A program made the position numbers and the translations under genes. Under the pieces are notes generated by a model, which was not told the DNA's origin, made no database searches, and saw only the letters and a list, made by a program, of their open reading frames with translations. 64,000 bases of DNA, taken from positions 139,013 through 203,012 of the forward strand of contig JAKMXF010000004.1 in the NCBI GenBank assembly GCA_024704765.1, read 5' to 3'. Positions 1-11,990 of the stretch are shown here, piece by piece (the stretch's first letter is position 1; each line of letters starts with the position of its first letter). Source of the stretch: Oopsacas minuta. Taxonomy: Eukaryota; Animalia; Porifera.

Positions 1-535
1 CTCTTGACAGGTCTTAATTCGATCATTATCGATGCGAGGACCTATTTCATAGACTAAAGATACTTCATCAGGAACCTTCCTAGACAGAACATCTGCATTT
101 ACATTCTCTAAGGCACTGCTATACTCCACCATGAAATCAAACTCCTGTAACGCTAACGCTAACGTTAATCTACAAAGCCTACCTTCCATCTTTAGGGCAG
201 AGAGCCAACACTGGTTTGTGATCCGTAATAATTTTAAACTTCTGCCCAAGAATATAGTGTCCAAATTGATTCATACCAAACACCAAAGCTAGACACTCTC
301 TCTCAGTCACGCTATAATTTCTTTCTAACTTTCTCAAATCCTACTAGTATAAGAAATAACATTTCCATCCTGTTCCAATGTGGTTTCAACACCAACACCA
401 CTCGCAACCGTAAACAAAACAAAATCCTTGTCCAAGGAAGGATAAATCAAAACTGGACTATTCGACTTTTCAGTGACTCAAATGAGCATAACAGTCCTTA
501 TTTCAAATAAACTGAACAACTTTTCCAACAAACTA

Positions 536-1866
536 CAGTCTGTCAACTAATTATTTAGAATTTTTGGGTATATATTTCTACTATGATATTAGGAGGAGAA
601 GGTCTTATAATCAAAGGAATACATAAAAATATCATAAAATTTGATAATTAATACTTTCTCCACTCCCCTCTATGATCAGATTACAGCGAGTCGTTATTGA
701 CTTCCAATGTGGAATAAGGAATTCTGGCTCTATGTTGCCCCAAATCTCTTCCAACTTGCATTTTAATTCTGCTATTGTCTTGGGCCCCTTTTTCACAATT
801 GTTTGCTTCAACCATCCAAATAGGTTTTCTATCGGATTCATATCCGGGCTTTGTGATGGCCATGGCATCTTATTTGGTACATTTTTCTCGATCCACTGTC
901 TGGTTAATTTTGAAGTATGTTTGGATCGTTATCCATTACCAATCTCCAGTTATTACCATGAAAAACCTCTGCCTGCCTTACTAAATGACCTTCCATTATC
1001 GAAATAAATAACGGCTATTCATGTTTTCCTTAAATATGCAGAGTGGAAAAACTCCCATAGATGAAAAAGCCGCCCAAACGTTGATTTTGGGGGAATGTTT
1101 TGTTGTTCGCCATAATCTTTTTTCCTCTCTTAGTCCACATTCTTATCCTTCCTCTAGCCAGCCATATCGACATTTCATATACAAAGATGATCTTGGCCCA
1201 ATCTTTAATAGGGTATTTGTACTTTCTAGCCACTTGACACGATAAATTTTGTGCATTTCACTCAACATTGGGGCTAGAGTAGGGTAGAGTTTAGAGTAGG
1301 ACATATCTTTCAAACCTCTACGAACTGTTTCGTGTGAGACGTCTGGATCAAGGTTTGAGGCAAGAGATCTCAAAGACATGTGAGTTATGTCGAATATGCG
1401 CAGCCAAACTCTTTTTAATTGAATTGCAAAGGGTACGAGGTCTACCAGCACCTGCTTTATGCCGGAGGGAAGAACCACTTGAAATTCTCTTACGGATATT
1501 GTATACTGTAGCCAAACTAACAACTGCCATCTTCGATATTTCGATATATGTGAGTTTAGAAAGTACTAACAAGTGGTGCACGGTATCTCTTTTTCAAAGC
1601 TGTGATGTATTTGACATCGTTTCTAAGAACAGTAGCTAGAAAAAGTAATAGAACCAAAAGCATTTAAAAGTATGACGTCATTATGGCAAGAGGGTCCCAA
1701 AAAACTATTTATAAGAAAATTTTTGGTACTTGAGACCAGATGTATGATAAAAATGCAAGACAGTGATATATAAAACGGATATATCTTAAGAGTACAACTT
1801 CAATATAAATGTATGACTTGGTTCTATTATTACTGAGTATACTCTAAATAATTAGTTGACAGACTG
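536..1866 (-). mobile_element. Tc1-family (DD34E) DNA transposon, full length (1331 bp), frameshifted transposase at about 632-1581
   Basis: Perfect 24-bp TIR CAGTCTGTCAACTAATTATTTAGA (536-559, 1843-1866) flanked by TA on both sides. Protein motifs GAGRPR, DNDP and WPSQSPDMNPIENL. Confidence 0.95.
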
Positions 1867-3236
1867 TATATAGGGCCTCTCAAAGTCAATTTTGATTCAT
1901 ATAGTCGATGAAAGACTTCTTTTAAATGACTCACATGTGATCCTATATCTGGAGAGGGGACCAAAACATCATAAATAAATACTTCGGCCGTGTCTATACC
2001 TCACAAGACTGCCTCCAGGAGCCTCTCCAAAAAGAAGGTCCATTATATACCCCAAATGGCATGCTTACAAAATTCATACAATCTCGTACCGGGCCAAGTG
2101 TGAAGGCGGTCTTATATCGATCGTCGAGTTTAATTAACAACTGCCAATAGCCACTATCGAGATCCAATGTTGAAAACACAATGGCACCAGATAGATAAGA
2201 TTGCATATCATCTATTAGGGAAGAGGATAAGGATTCTTCACTGTTCGTTTGTTCAACTCACGATAGTCGACACAAATTCGTTAACATTCATCTCGTTTAA
2301 TAACATAGTTTGCGAGTGCCACACAAAGACTAGTACTCTCTCTCTGATGATCCCTCGAATAACATAATTTGTATTTGTCTATCCACTTCTGACTTGTAAT
2401 GTGCAGGTATTATTCTTGGTGGCACGCGGACTGGTTGACTATCTTCTGTGAAGATCTCATGAAAGGCAGTTTCGGTTCGCCCTGGCGTGGTAGAAAAATA
2501 GATCCTTGTTTTCCAAGACTAAGTCACTCAAGTAAGGTGGATAATTCGGAGTATCATATCTACAATTTTTAGTAAAGTTTGGTGTGCAGCATTCATCACA
2601 GCCATCATCTTGCTTTTGTATATACATATGCGCCACTAATTCGACTATACTAGTCTGATTTTAGTGAATTCGACAATTATATTTAGTTTTCCTCGTACTA
2701 CTCTTTAAATCCGAATGTTATTAAACGCTGTGAATTTTTGAATGAGTCTTCCAACTCAGTGTCATTGTGCATCGAGATAATTCCATCAACTGGTGATTCA
2801 ACAGTACCATTGTCGAAATCAAATTTCAAATTATGAGGTGAATGAAAATCTCTGCCCAAGATGACCGGAGTTTTCAATTCAATAATTACTGTGGACTCGT
2901 GATTTTCCCGCATCGTACCAATTTCTAACCCAAGCAGAACACGTCCAATTACTTTTAGGTCGTTACCTGTTACAGAAAGCATCCGTTTAGAATAGTTTCT
3001 ATCAACATCGGTCCTAGTTTTTCTCACTAGATCAGCTACTATCAAAGGCACCGATGATCCGGAATCTAATAATTCTCCCACTTTGTTTTGCCCAATTAGA
3101 ACTTCCATGTTACTTAAACATTTTGTCTCGAATGACAGTAAGGTTGAAACCACATAATCTTGAGAATTTAATAGTCCTTGGGTCTGATCTGAAGACCGAT
3201 TGGTGACCAGGCCAACTGGTCCGTTGAAGTTTAAAG

Positions 3237-5680
3237 CAGTGCTTCTCAAACTTTTTTATGTCGCGGTCCAAAAGTTTCTCCATTACAATTCCACGGGGCC
3301 CTGCTTGTTGGTCTCATTTTTAGTAAATATAATTTGTTTTTATTTTTGTATTATATCAGTGTTAAGTAGTAAGAGGTATATTGTGATATAATTATAAGAT
3401 CAATTATACTAATGAGAACTGTGCGCTTGCATCGATTTGACGAGCTAATCTATCCTCGGTTCGATTGATGAATGTGCCACACGTAGTGGAGATCTGACAT
3501 CCAGAGAATTTCTATACTTTGTTTTGATAATGCTCATTGTTGAAAACCCCATCTCTCAAAGGTAAGTGGATGGAACGGGTAGAATTATTCTCAGGGCCAA
3601 CTCACGAAGTTCTGGATATTCGGGTCTAACCTTTATCCAGAATTCAGCGAGTGTTATTTCGGCGTAAAAAAATATTCTTTAATCCTTGACCCCCTACCAG
3701 GTCTAATAATTTGTCTTCTAAATGAACATTCAACTCTTCCTCCAATTGCAAAAAGGGATTACAGATTCAACCGTTTCCTTCTCTAAGATCTTGTTCTCTC
3801 GGGAAGTAAAATTCAAAGAGCTCAGCTAGTGATTTCAAATGTTCGGTGATAATATTCGCTAGAAAAGTGACATTAAGTCCATTTTCACAATTAATTATTT
3901 CCGATAAATTTGGAAACATGTTGTAACAATCTCGAGGGACTGGATGTTGCCATGCAGCTAACATTCTTTTAAACCATGAATCTTGTTAGCTGTTGCAAAA
4001 TTAGTTGCAATCCTACCTTGCATTGATCTGTTGAGCTCAGTAAGCATTGAGAATATATCAGACAGATATGCTAGCTTTGTATTCCAGTTTATATCTTGAA
4101 TTTTTCAGCCCATTCGAGTTTTTTATCAAGCAGAAATGTTGTTAGTTCGTTTCGGAGCTCAAAAACTTATGATAACACCTTTCCTCTGGATAACCAACGT
4201 ACTTCAGCATGTAAGAGCAGTTGTATATGGTCAGCTCCCATCTGATCACACAAGGAAGCGAAGAAGCGAGAATTCAAAGCGTTCGCTTTTACATGGTTGA
4301 CAACTTTGACAACTTGACATAGTACATCGTTGAGTTCCTTGGGCATCTTCTTTGTTACTAAGTTTTCTCGATGAGTAAAACAGTATGTTGACTCGCAATC
4401 TGGCGCTACTTCTTTAATTTTTTGCTACAACACCAGAATGTCGTCCTGTCATTGCAGCAGCACCGTCACTACATACACCAACACAAAACTGCCAATCTAA
4501 TCCTGATTGATCAATGATATAGTTATTCAATCCATCAAAATTTGAGAACTAGTGGTATTTGTAGGCAATGATATCAAACATAAATACTCTTCTTTCACAT
4601 CACCACAATGTTGAAAGCGAACATATAACAACAAAATCGCCAAATTTGCTACGTCAGTAGATCCATCAAGCTGCAAAGAGTACCATTTGGCTGATTTTAT
4701 TTGTTCGATCAGCTGTTCCTCCATGTCCAAGCAAGATCGATCACTCTTCTAGCAACAGTGTTATTTGACAGTGGAACCCGCGCAGTTATCTTTGCTGCAG
4801 ATTCTCCCAACATTTCTCGGCATACATCACCAATACAACCAACCAGAAGTTGTTCGCCAATTATGTATGTTTTTTTTGCCTTTGCGATACGTAAAGATAC
4901 CTTGTAAGAAGCTCTTAATGCTGAAACATTTGTGTGAGATGAAACATACATTTGTATCTGGCAACCTGTTAATTCGGTGCGCTTTCTCTTAAATAACTCA
5001 ACTGATTTTGAGATCAGATCCTTGTACTTCGTTTGTAAATGTCTACTGAGCTTTGAAGGCTTTAAAGCTTCATTGGACAAAACCTCGCCACATACAAGAG
5101 ACTGAGGCTTCTGTAATCCATCTTTGAATATAGAAGTAAAACCAAAACGAATGAATGAAATATCGTAGTTACGGATTTTCGTACAACCTCTTTTGCCCGG
5201 TTTGTTGGATTTATCAATTAACTCATCTTCATCAAATCCCGAAATGTCTTGAGAATCTGTATAGAGTCTATTCCTCTTTGTTAGGTAAGTATCCAATTGT
5301 CCTCGCTTTCGTTTGGCCATAAATTTCTTTTTCAACGATAGCAAATTAATAACTAAAATACTAATAGATATTAGCAAAGGTACGATCTATTTAAACAATA
5401 TCAATGGAAGCTCTACCTATTCTTAAAACAAGATGATTGTTTGTATTCAACGCTCTATGTTATTTGTTTGCAGGGTGACATAATCCTAAATAGCATTCTG
5501 GGAAGTGGAATAAGTGTAATTTGTTTACAATTCGAGGAAAGCGAAAGGAATTCAGGTATTAATGTAGAAGTTGTGTGGAATAACTAAAACTCTAAATAAT
5601 AAAATTTCGTAGATCACTTTCCATAGCCATTCCGCGGCCCCTTTGCAACCTCTTCGCGGACCCCAGTTTGAGTACCACTG
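3237..5680 (-). mobile_element. hAT Buster/Charlie-type transposon (ZBED5/ZBED8/FAM200-like transposase at about 3409-5377, decayed)
   Basis: Perfect 8-bp TSD GTTTAAAG (3229-3236, 5681-5688). TIR CAGTGCTTCTCAAACT / CAGTGGTACTCAAACT. Motifs KPSKLSRHLQT, YSLQLDGSTD and LLHAEVRWLSRGKV. Confidence 0.95.
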
Positions 5681-6466
5681 GTTTAAAGGACACCTACTTT
5701 GAAGGTGTCCAACTTTCCCGCAACGGAAACAACAATACTGTTGTCTTGAGAAAAGAATTGGCGCGACTTCCTGCAATTTATTGCTATGTGACTAATAGCT
5801 TTAAAATTGAAACGTTTCACTTTGTCACCTCTCATACTCACTTCCCTCTTCTGCCCAACGGCCATTACCGATGAACCTTGTTCAGCTCTGCCAGCCAGAA
5901 CACGATCAATTTTTCCTTTACAAATCATCTATTCTACTTACACTATCATGTGCTGCATCAGCATCAGTAATAGATACAACAGATTCTTCAGCTTCGCTGA
6001 GCATCAAAGATTTTACCCTTTTCAATGTTTCCTTGGTATCTTTAACCTCAGGAGACATTCGAATATTTCTATCGTATTGTGATGGCAGTCCACTGAGAAA
6101 TCGATTTAGGAGTACTTGTTCGCCTGCGCATATGTCTATTTCCGGAATCGCTTTAGTAAGCAACTGTTTAAGCTAATGCAAAAACTTTTCCTCGACTCAA
6201 ATTCGTGTAACACGATAAATCGAGTTTCTGGAAATCGAAAATCTTGTATTACTCCCTGTTTAATCTCTTGGTAATCCCTTTAAATATTTTCATCCAAATC
6301 CAAGTACGCAGCAAACGCTTCTTTATCTAAAAGCGTTGGTCACCCTACAGCCTTTTCCTCATCCTTCCATCCGTTTTGCCAACCCACTGATTTCTTAGCG
6401 TTGCACCAATTCCTCAATGTCGCCATTACCAAATATTCGAGGAGTACTAGTATTATGTTCGACCAT
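5681..6466 (-). pseudogene. Gypsy gag, disrupted, with CCHC zinc knuckle
   Basis: MVEHNTSTPRIFGNGDIEE...GWKDEEKAVG*PTLLDKEAFAAYLDLD...LLNRFLSGLP...CFRCGKVGHLQSRCPLN; contains stops and frameshifts. Confidence 0.85.
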
Positions 6467-6468
6467 AT

Positions 6469-6479
6469 CTCTGCTACCA
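6469..6479 (-). promoter_or_regulatory. Primer-binding site complementary to the initiator tRNA-Met 3' end
   Basis: Minus strand reads ...TTACA AT TGGTAGCAGAG. TGGTAGCAGAG is the reverse complement of the eukaryotic tRNAiMet 3' end (CUCUGCUACCA). The gag ATG follows at 6466. Confidence 0.85.
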
Positions 6480-6481
6480 AT

Positions 6482-6580
6482 TGTAATATAAGTTTAATAG
6501 TAGATGCTAGATGCAATAATCTATACAATCTCAAGTACTAGACTATACGTATATAGTACGTTAATCTTCAATGAATTACA
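6482..6580 (-). repeat. Putative 5' LTR (99 bp) of the Gypsy element
   Basis: Bounded by TGTAAT...ATTACA, ends 2 nt before the PBS, and has ATTAAA near its 3' end. The partner LTR is outside the window, so the far boundary is inferred. Confidence 0.65.
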
Positions 6581-6994
6581 GACACTACTTAAATATATAT
6601 TAATTTTCTTACGTTAGAAACACTGTGATCAAGCTATAACACCAATTCACTACCTAGCAAATATTCTAAAGCCAAGATATATGGGGCAAAAATTGACATG
6701 CGAACAAGAGGAAGCTAGTAGAATACTTGTTGACCTATGTCCCTCCTTATTACCACAACACCATCAAGCTAAAATAGAACTAGAGTGCTAGTTACTAACA
6801 GACTCAGACTTACAATATTCAACAAGTGTTAATTTATAGATTGCAGCTATTAAACATAAATATCTGTTCATGAAAATTGAATGTCCAGTTTCATCCACCA
6901 ATGGAGTTTATTCCAGGGTGGTTTAAACCTGGTTTACTCCTAGAATTTGGCCATATGGATGAAGCTTGCCAACCCTGATCTAGTAATCTCTAAT

Positions 6995-7237
6995 TTTGTT
7001 AAGTACACATCTAGTATATCTTCAAAGAGGTAAGTACCAGCGCTCGACAAAATTGAAATCCCATGGTGGCTAACTTAGCCACCACCTGGCATATTAAGCC
7101 CAAATCCACTTTTCTTTCGTGGCTTAAGGAAATTTATTGTGGCTATAGCTACCAAACCACCGGATTTGGCGAGCACTGTTAAGTACCCATTTAGTAAGTC
7201 TTCAATGAGGTTAAATCCCATCTTCTGAATCTCCAAT
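6995..7237. repeat. About 32-bp minisatellite units (GAGGTTAAGTACCCATCTAGTAAATCTTCAAT-like), left part of an interrupted array
   Basis: Units at about 6995-7037 and 7179-7237 match those at 11830-11990. Confidence 0.7.
7038..7178. mobile_element. Small hAT-type MITE (141 bp)
   Basis: TIR CAGCGCTCGACAAA / CAGTGCTCGCCAAA; 8-bp TSD GTAAGTAC / TTAAGTAC (7 of 8 match). Confidence 0.7.
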
Positions 7238-7432
7238 CAGGCACGGATCAACGGTGGGTGCGGGGGTTACGCACTCCCCAACTTTTCATGAGATTCCATA
7301 GGGTGTGTAAAATTATTTGTCAACATTCGTATTTTCATATTTTCTACTTACGTCAATTTCAATCACAACGTGTTCAGTCATATCAGCTTAATGAAATGAA
7401 CGTCTTTAAAATTTCTTTTTCACTCCACTATC

Positions 7433-10313
7433 CATAGACTCCTTAAATAGAAGGACTAGTCTCTGGCAATCTCGGATTACGGAACTTGGGTCCCACTGTA
7501 TCATGACGCAACGAAGTCATTGCGTAATAAACATGGCAGGTCATGGAAAGCTTTTACTTTATCGCCGCTCCTGGCGTCACCTGGCGTCACCTGACACTGT
7601 CCCTAGCTCATGCTGCTGTGTTATGTTCTTTTTCAGGTTTATATTGTAGCTTTACTAGCATTCAGGTGTTGGGAATCATCCAATTTACAACTGCATTTTA
7701 AAGATGGTGTTGGTATTTACTTTATAATGCCTAAGAAGTGTAACGTATTTGGATGTCGTGGAAATTACAGGTGTGAGCCATACACAAAAGTAGTACAATT
7801 TCTAAGTGATGAAGATGAGCGAGATCGTTGGATTGATGCTATGCCAAATGAACGCTCCAGTCTGTTACAACTTAAACAAATATATGCTTGTTACCATCAT
7901 TATGACTGTGAATGGGTCACAGTTAAAGGTGGTAAACGACCTAGCCAACCTCCGTCCATTCTTCCGGGTGTCCCAGAGTCCTGTTTAAAGCAAGTCTCTT
8001 CAACCCCTAGGAATACAAGTTCTTCGGCAGAAGTACGTGCCAGAAATGAAGACCTTAGAACTAACGCTCTTGATTAAATTGGTGACTTTGATTCTTTTTG
8101 TACAGTCATCCAACAGCTTCTCTCCAAAATCATCTTATTATTCATGATGGTGATGATGTTTACATGTCCAAAACTGACGCACAAGGACGTTCAGTCGTCC
8201 AGTTTCTATATTTACAACACGTGAAATCACCATTTGGATTTTTATTCCTTAAATGTGTTGAGAAAAATGAAAAGGAAATACTTAGATCGTATTTTTCAAA
8301 AGCTGGTTTCCTACAGAAGAATAGCCTCATCAGCAAATGGTCACAATTCAATAGCATTTTAACGAGTATTCCAGATCACGAATTCAAAGACACAGACTAC
8401 GTGAAAAGTGGCCTTGAGGAATTGAGTCGTATGTGTTGCTCTGAACTTCCCCATTATCAATTTTTGTATGCTCAGGTCGGGTTGTTACTTATTGCACTAA
8501 AAGCCCGTCGTTTTGATAGAAATCTTTATGTTCTTGCTGCTGAACTTCATAACATTTCACCAGCTGCGTATAGAATCCATAACATTCAGTCTATGCTAAA
8601 TTAGGTGGAGCTGGTAGAGTGTTTATTGACATCTTAAACTCTCACGCTTTTCTCGTTTATGACTATGTCCATTTATTCAAAAACATTAGGAATAACTGGA
8701 TTACTGTGCCTCATAAGGAACTCGCATTCACAAAAGATGGTAAATCACACATAGCACGTTGGAAAGACATAGAAGCACTTTAAATTGAAGACAGGAAGAA
8801 CTGCATCCGTTTGACCAAGATTATATACACAGTTGTGTATCCCAAGCCTTTGCAAAGACAAAGTGTGCCTTTTGTTTGTCAGATACTCAATGACAAAACT
8901 GTTGCTGCTCTTTCAACTTTAAAATATATGCTCAGTATTAGTGAGGGGACCATTGTTTTGTTAAACTCATCACTGACTGGTTCCATATGATGAATGTCAA
9001 AGACAGGTTTTCTGGTATAAATACGCGTGATGAGTCTCGTCAACCGTGGTCCAAGAATTGCACAAGTTTCAAAAAACTCGATGAAACTTGTGATGTCATA
9101 TCTTCTTGTGCATGGCCAGGTGGACAAGGTCGGACACAGAAACTCACAAAGCAGACTGCATATACAGTTGTACTGTCTACAAGAGCAAATATCCAAGCAG
9201 CAGAGTTGTTGTTAACACACCACAACTTAAGTTATGTATTGCCTGGAGTGTTCGCGGATGAAGCTCTAGAGAAGTTTTTTGGCCAAGCCACAAGCCAGAC
9301 AACGTAGTGCAGGAAATTTCTATATAGACGTCGTTGACATCAAGGCAGCTGCAGAAACCAAGAATCTTCACACACTTTTGAAATACGATTCGACCCCATA
9401 GCCTCATAGTGACGTACCTTGCACTTGTAGCATTCATATAGAAGATCAATTTGATATCACTATTTTAGAGACTGAAGATCTTGTTCAAAGTAATGACACA
9501 ATCAAACATAAAGTAATATTTATCGCTGGATATTTGGAACGAAAATCCGAACTAATATTTCAATGGCCAAAGCTAAAGATGGTGATGACAATCTAACTGA
9601 TTTGGAGTTTCTCACTAATTTAAATAGGGGTGGACTAACTGTGCCCCTAATCTCAACTGTTCATTTCGTTCATTCAGCTTACAAACTGTTTGTTAATTGC
9701 AATTTACACTGCTGTCGAGCTCACCTCAGCCAAGCCTTATCTCGTATTGACAGTGCAATATCTATTATTCAAGGAGCATGTGTTACTTTGTCAAACATAC
9801 TTTTGAAGTCCTTTGTGCTGATAATAGTGATAGAAAGACAATTTGGCTGTTTGAGAAGGAAGGAAAAACTCTCATCTCAAAACTAAGTTGCAGTAATATC
9901 CCTGTTCACAGTGATATCCCTGTATACATGCAATTTTTGCCTTTTGTTTGCTTTGTATACTGACCTTATTAATTCATTCGTGCTAATTTTAGCATTTAAA
10001 CTGTCATTTTGACTTATATAATCACAATGTATACTATTTTGAATGTGTTTGTCTCGTTACCCTGCATTTGATTAGAAGAATGCACAAAATTTTAGATAAA
10101 TTCCTGCTATTTAAGTGTTTTAACCTTCAAATGACCTTCAGGTGACCTTTTAGATGGTCAAAAGTATAAAAAAATTAATTCCTTGTCCCTTAAAACCCCA
10201 TGTTAGACACCAAGATGATGGTTTTAGCATGTGTACAACCCAAGATATGATGGGACCCAAGTTCCAGACCCCGAGCATAGGAGATACTAGTCCTTCTATT
10301 TAAGGAGTCTATG
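7433..10313 (+). mobile_element. P-superfamily transposon (THAP9-like transposase), internally deleted, 2881 bp
   Basis: Perfect 28-bp TIR CATAGACTCCTTAAATAGAAGGACTAGT and perfect 8-bp TSD CCACTATC (7425-7432, 10314-10321). Subterminal inverted GGAACTTGGGTCCCA. THAP domain followed by YDYVHLFKNIRNNW and DEALEKFFGQ motifs. Confidence 0.95.
7727..8077 (+). CDS. THAP (C2CH zinc finger) domain ORF, 116 aa; N-terminus of the P transposase cut by a premature TAA
   Basis: MPKKCNVFGC...RWIDAMP...YACYHHY...PPSIL matches the THAP C-x4-C...W...C-x2-H pattern. Whether it is expressed is unknown. Confidence 0.6.
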   Translation: MPKKCNVFGCRGNYRCEPYTKVVQFLSDEDERDRWIDAMPNERSSLLQLKQIYACYHHYDCEWVTVKGGKRPSQPPSILPGVPESCLKQVSSTPRNTSSSAEVRARNEDLRTNALD

Positions 10314-11829
10314 CCACTATCGTTGACAATCTCTCTCTAAATAGTCGGAGATTCTCTGAAGAGTCCTCTCTCGATTAAAATTAGGTTATGCAAGGGTGTA
10401 TGGCTTCAATACAAATGGACCAGGCATCCATGAGAGGTTGAAATGTAACTGACCTTAAGGAAATTCCATCCTTGTATTCACAAATCCCTATGGATATAGG
10501 TATGAAGGATACTGGTCGTGCCCAGCCAATTCTCTCCTCCTACCCAAGGTGATATTTTATAATAAATTGCAAAAATCGCAAGTTTAATAGTTTTCAGACT
10601 GCTTGGTATGATATTTACCTTTGGATTAGCTATAGTATTTCTACGAGTCGAATATATTTTTCTCATGCGTATATTTTAGTCCTTACAAACGAGATACAAC
10701 TTTTACCAAAAAAATTTTTGATAATTGGATAAAAGCCAATTTGAAGGTAAAGGGCTAGGTAAACGTTATCCATCATCGGAATATATAACTAACATCATAA
10801 AGTGGCAAGAATATAAAGCACAAATATTACATAAACACATATCGATTGCAGCAAGGTTGAACCCGCATAGCCCAGATATAGTGGAGATTTTGTTAAATAT
10901 TTTAATATCTTATTGGAATACATTCGTTACTTCTGTGTACAAGATCTAAATAATCCGCATATTTATTGGATAATATTTAATACGCCGAAATATTAAGTGA
11001 AAATGTGCTATACCTTTGCCAGTAGTAACACACTATATCGTACCAAGAATAACACTATTTCGAAACTATCCCTGCTGAATTTCTTAACAATCACAAAACA
11101 ACTACGAAATCTGATTTCAGATGCGTTAGATAAGCGATTTTCAATCCCCAGGATTAATATTTTGAAGGGTCTGGATGGGCTAATTCCTCAATCTGAGGAT
11201 TTTTGAATTTTAGCATTCAGAAACAATTACATGAAAATTATTCTAAGGTTTTGAATATTAACGAAATTTCTCCATAAAGTGAGAAATTGAAATACCACGC
11301 CTTTACTGAAGTTGATTCTGATTTGAAAAACATGAACCTTGAATTTAATCCTATTGTTATGAAATTGATCAATTTCAAATATTCATTGCCGGTGTTTACA
11401 GTGTCAGTTGAGCGTACATTTTCATGTATGAATAGAATACAAACTTTCAAGAGGGGAAACTATTTGATTGTCTTTTTTGATATTCCCTATACAGAGATAT
11501 AACTCAGAATTTGGATTTACTGAGATTATTGAAGCGTTTGCTGCAACAGAGAGAAAATACCATTAAGTATTAAATGATTCTAGAATTTTACTAAGAAATT
11601 GATCGTATCTATCATTTATCATCGTTAAGCGATCGTTTTGTTCTCACTGGACTTGATTTCGAGACTATCATACAGATATACTAATTTAAAACATATATTC
11701 TAAGGATATTTAATAAAAAATGCCCTGGAATCAGAGATTTTGCATTTCGAAATTGCTAAATGATAGTGATTTTTACTTTAATTTGCAATCCTTCAAAGAT
11801 TCTACCCAGGATCCGTCCATGTCATATAT

Positions 11830-11990
11830 GGGGTTAAGTACCCATCTAGTAAAGCTTCAATGAGGTTAGGTATCCATCTAGTGAATCTTCAATGAGGTTA
11901 AGTACACATCTAGTAATCTTCAATAAAGTTCAATCCCGTCAACGAAATCTTCATGATGTTAAATCTCATCTAGCAAATCTTCAATGAGGG
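11830..11990. repeat. About 32-bp minisatellite, roughly 5 diverged units
   Basis: Tandem GAGGTTAAGTACCCATCTAGTAAATCTTCAAT-like units are visible directly. Confidence 0.8.

Larger units (their letters stand above)
1..6580 (-). mobile_element. Ty3/Gypsy LTR retrotransposon (5' LTR-PBS-gag-protease-RT-RNaseH, runs off the window start), decayed, interrupted by Tc1 (536-1866) and Buster hAT (3237-5680)
   Basis: Minus-strand translation gives domains in Gypsy order: gag (5681-6466, CFRCGKVGHLQSRC knuckle), aspartic protease (LLDSGSS, about 3050-3070), RT (RICVDYRELN, FSTLDLDSGYWQ, YKTAF, MPFG; about 1870-2450) and RNaseH (SPVLIYPSLDKDFVLF, NYSVTERECLALVFG, KIITDHKP, NVNADVLSR; 90-480). Confidence 0.93.
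7238..11821 (+). mobile_element. Old hAT element (ZMYM1-like transposase remnant at about 10400-11600) hosting the P element
   Basis: hAT dimerisation motif LPVFTVSVERTFSCMNRIQT (about 11380-11450) and DALDKRFS. Candidate TIRs CAGGCACGGATC / CATGGACGGATC. The TSD is degraded, so the ends are tentative. Confidence 0.55.
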
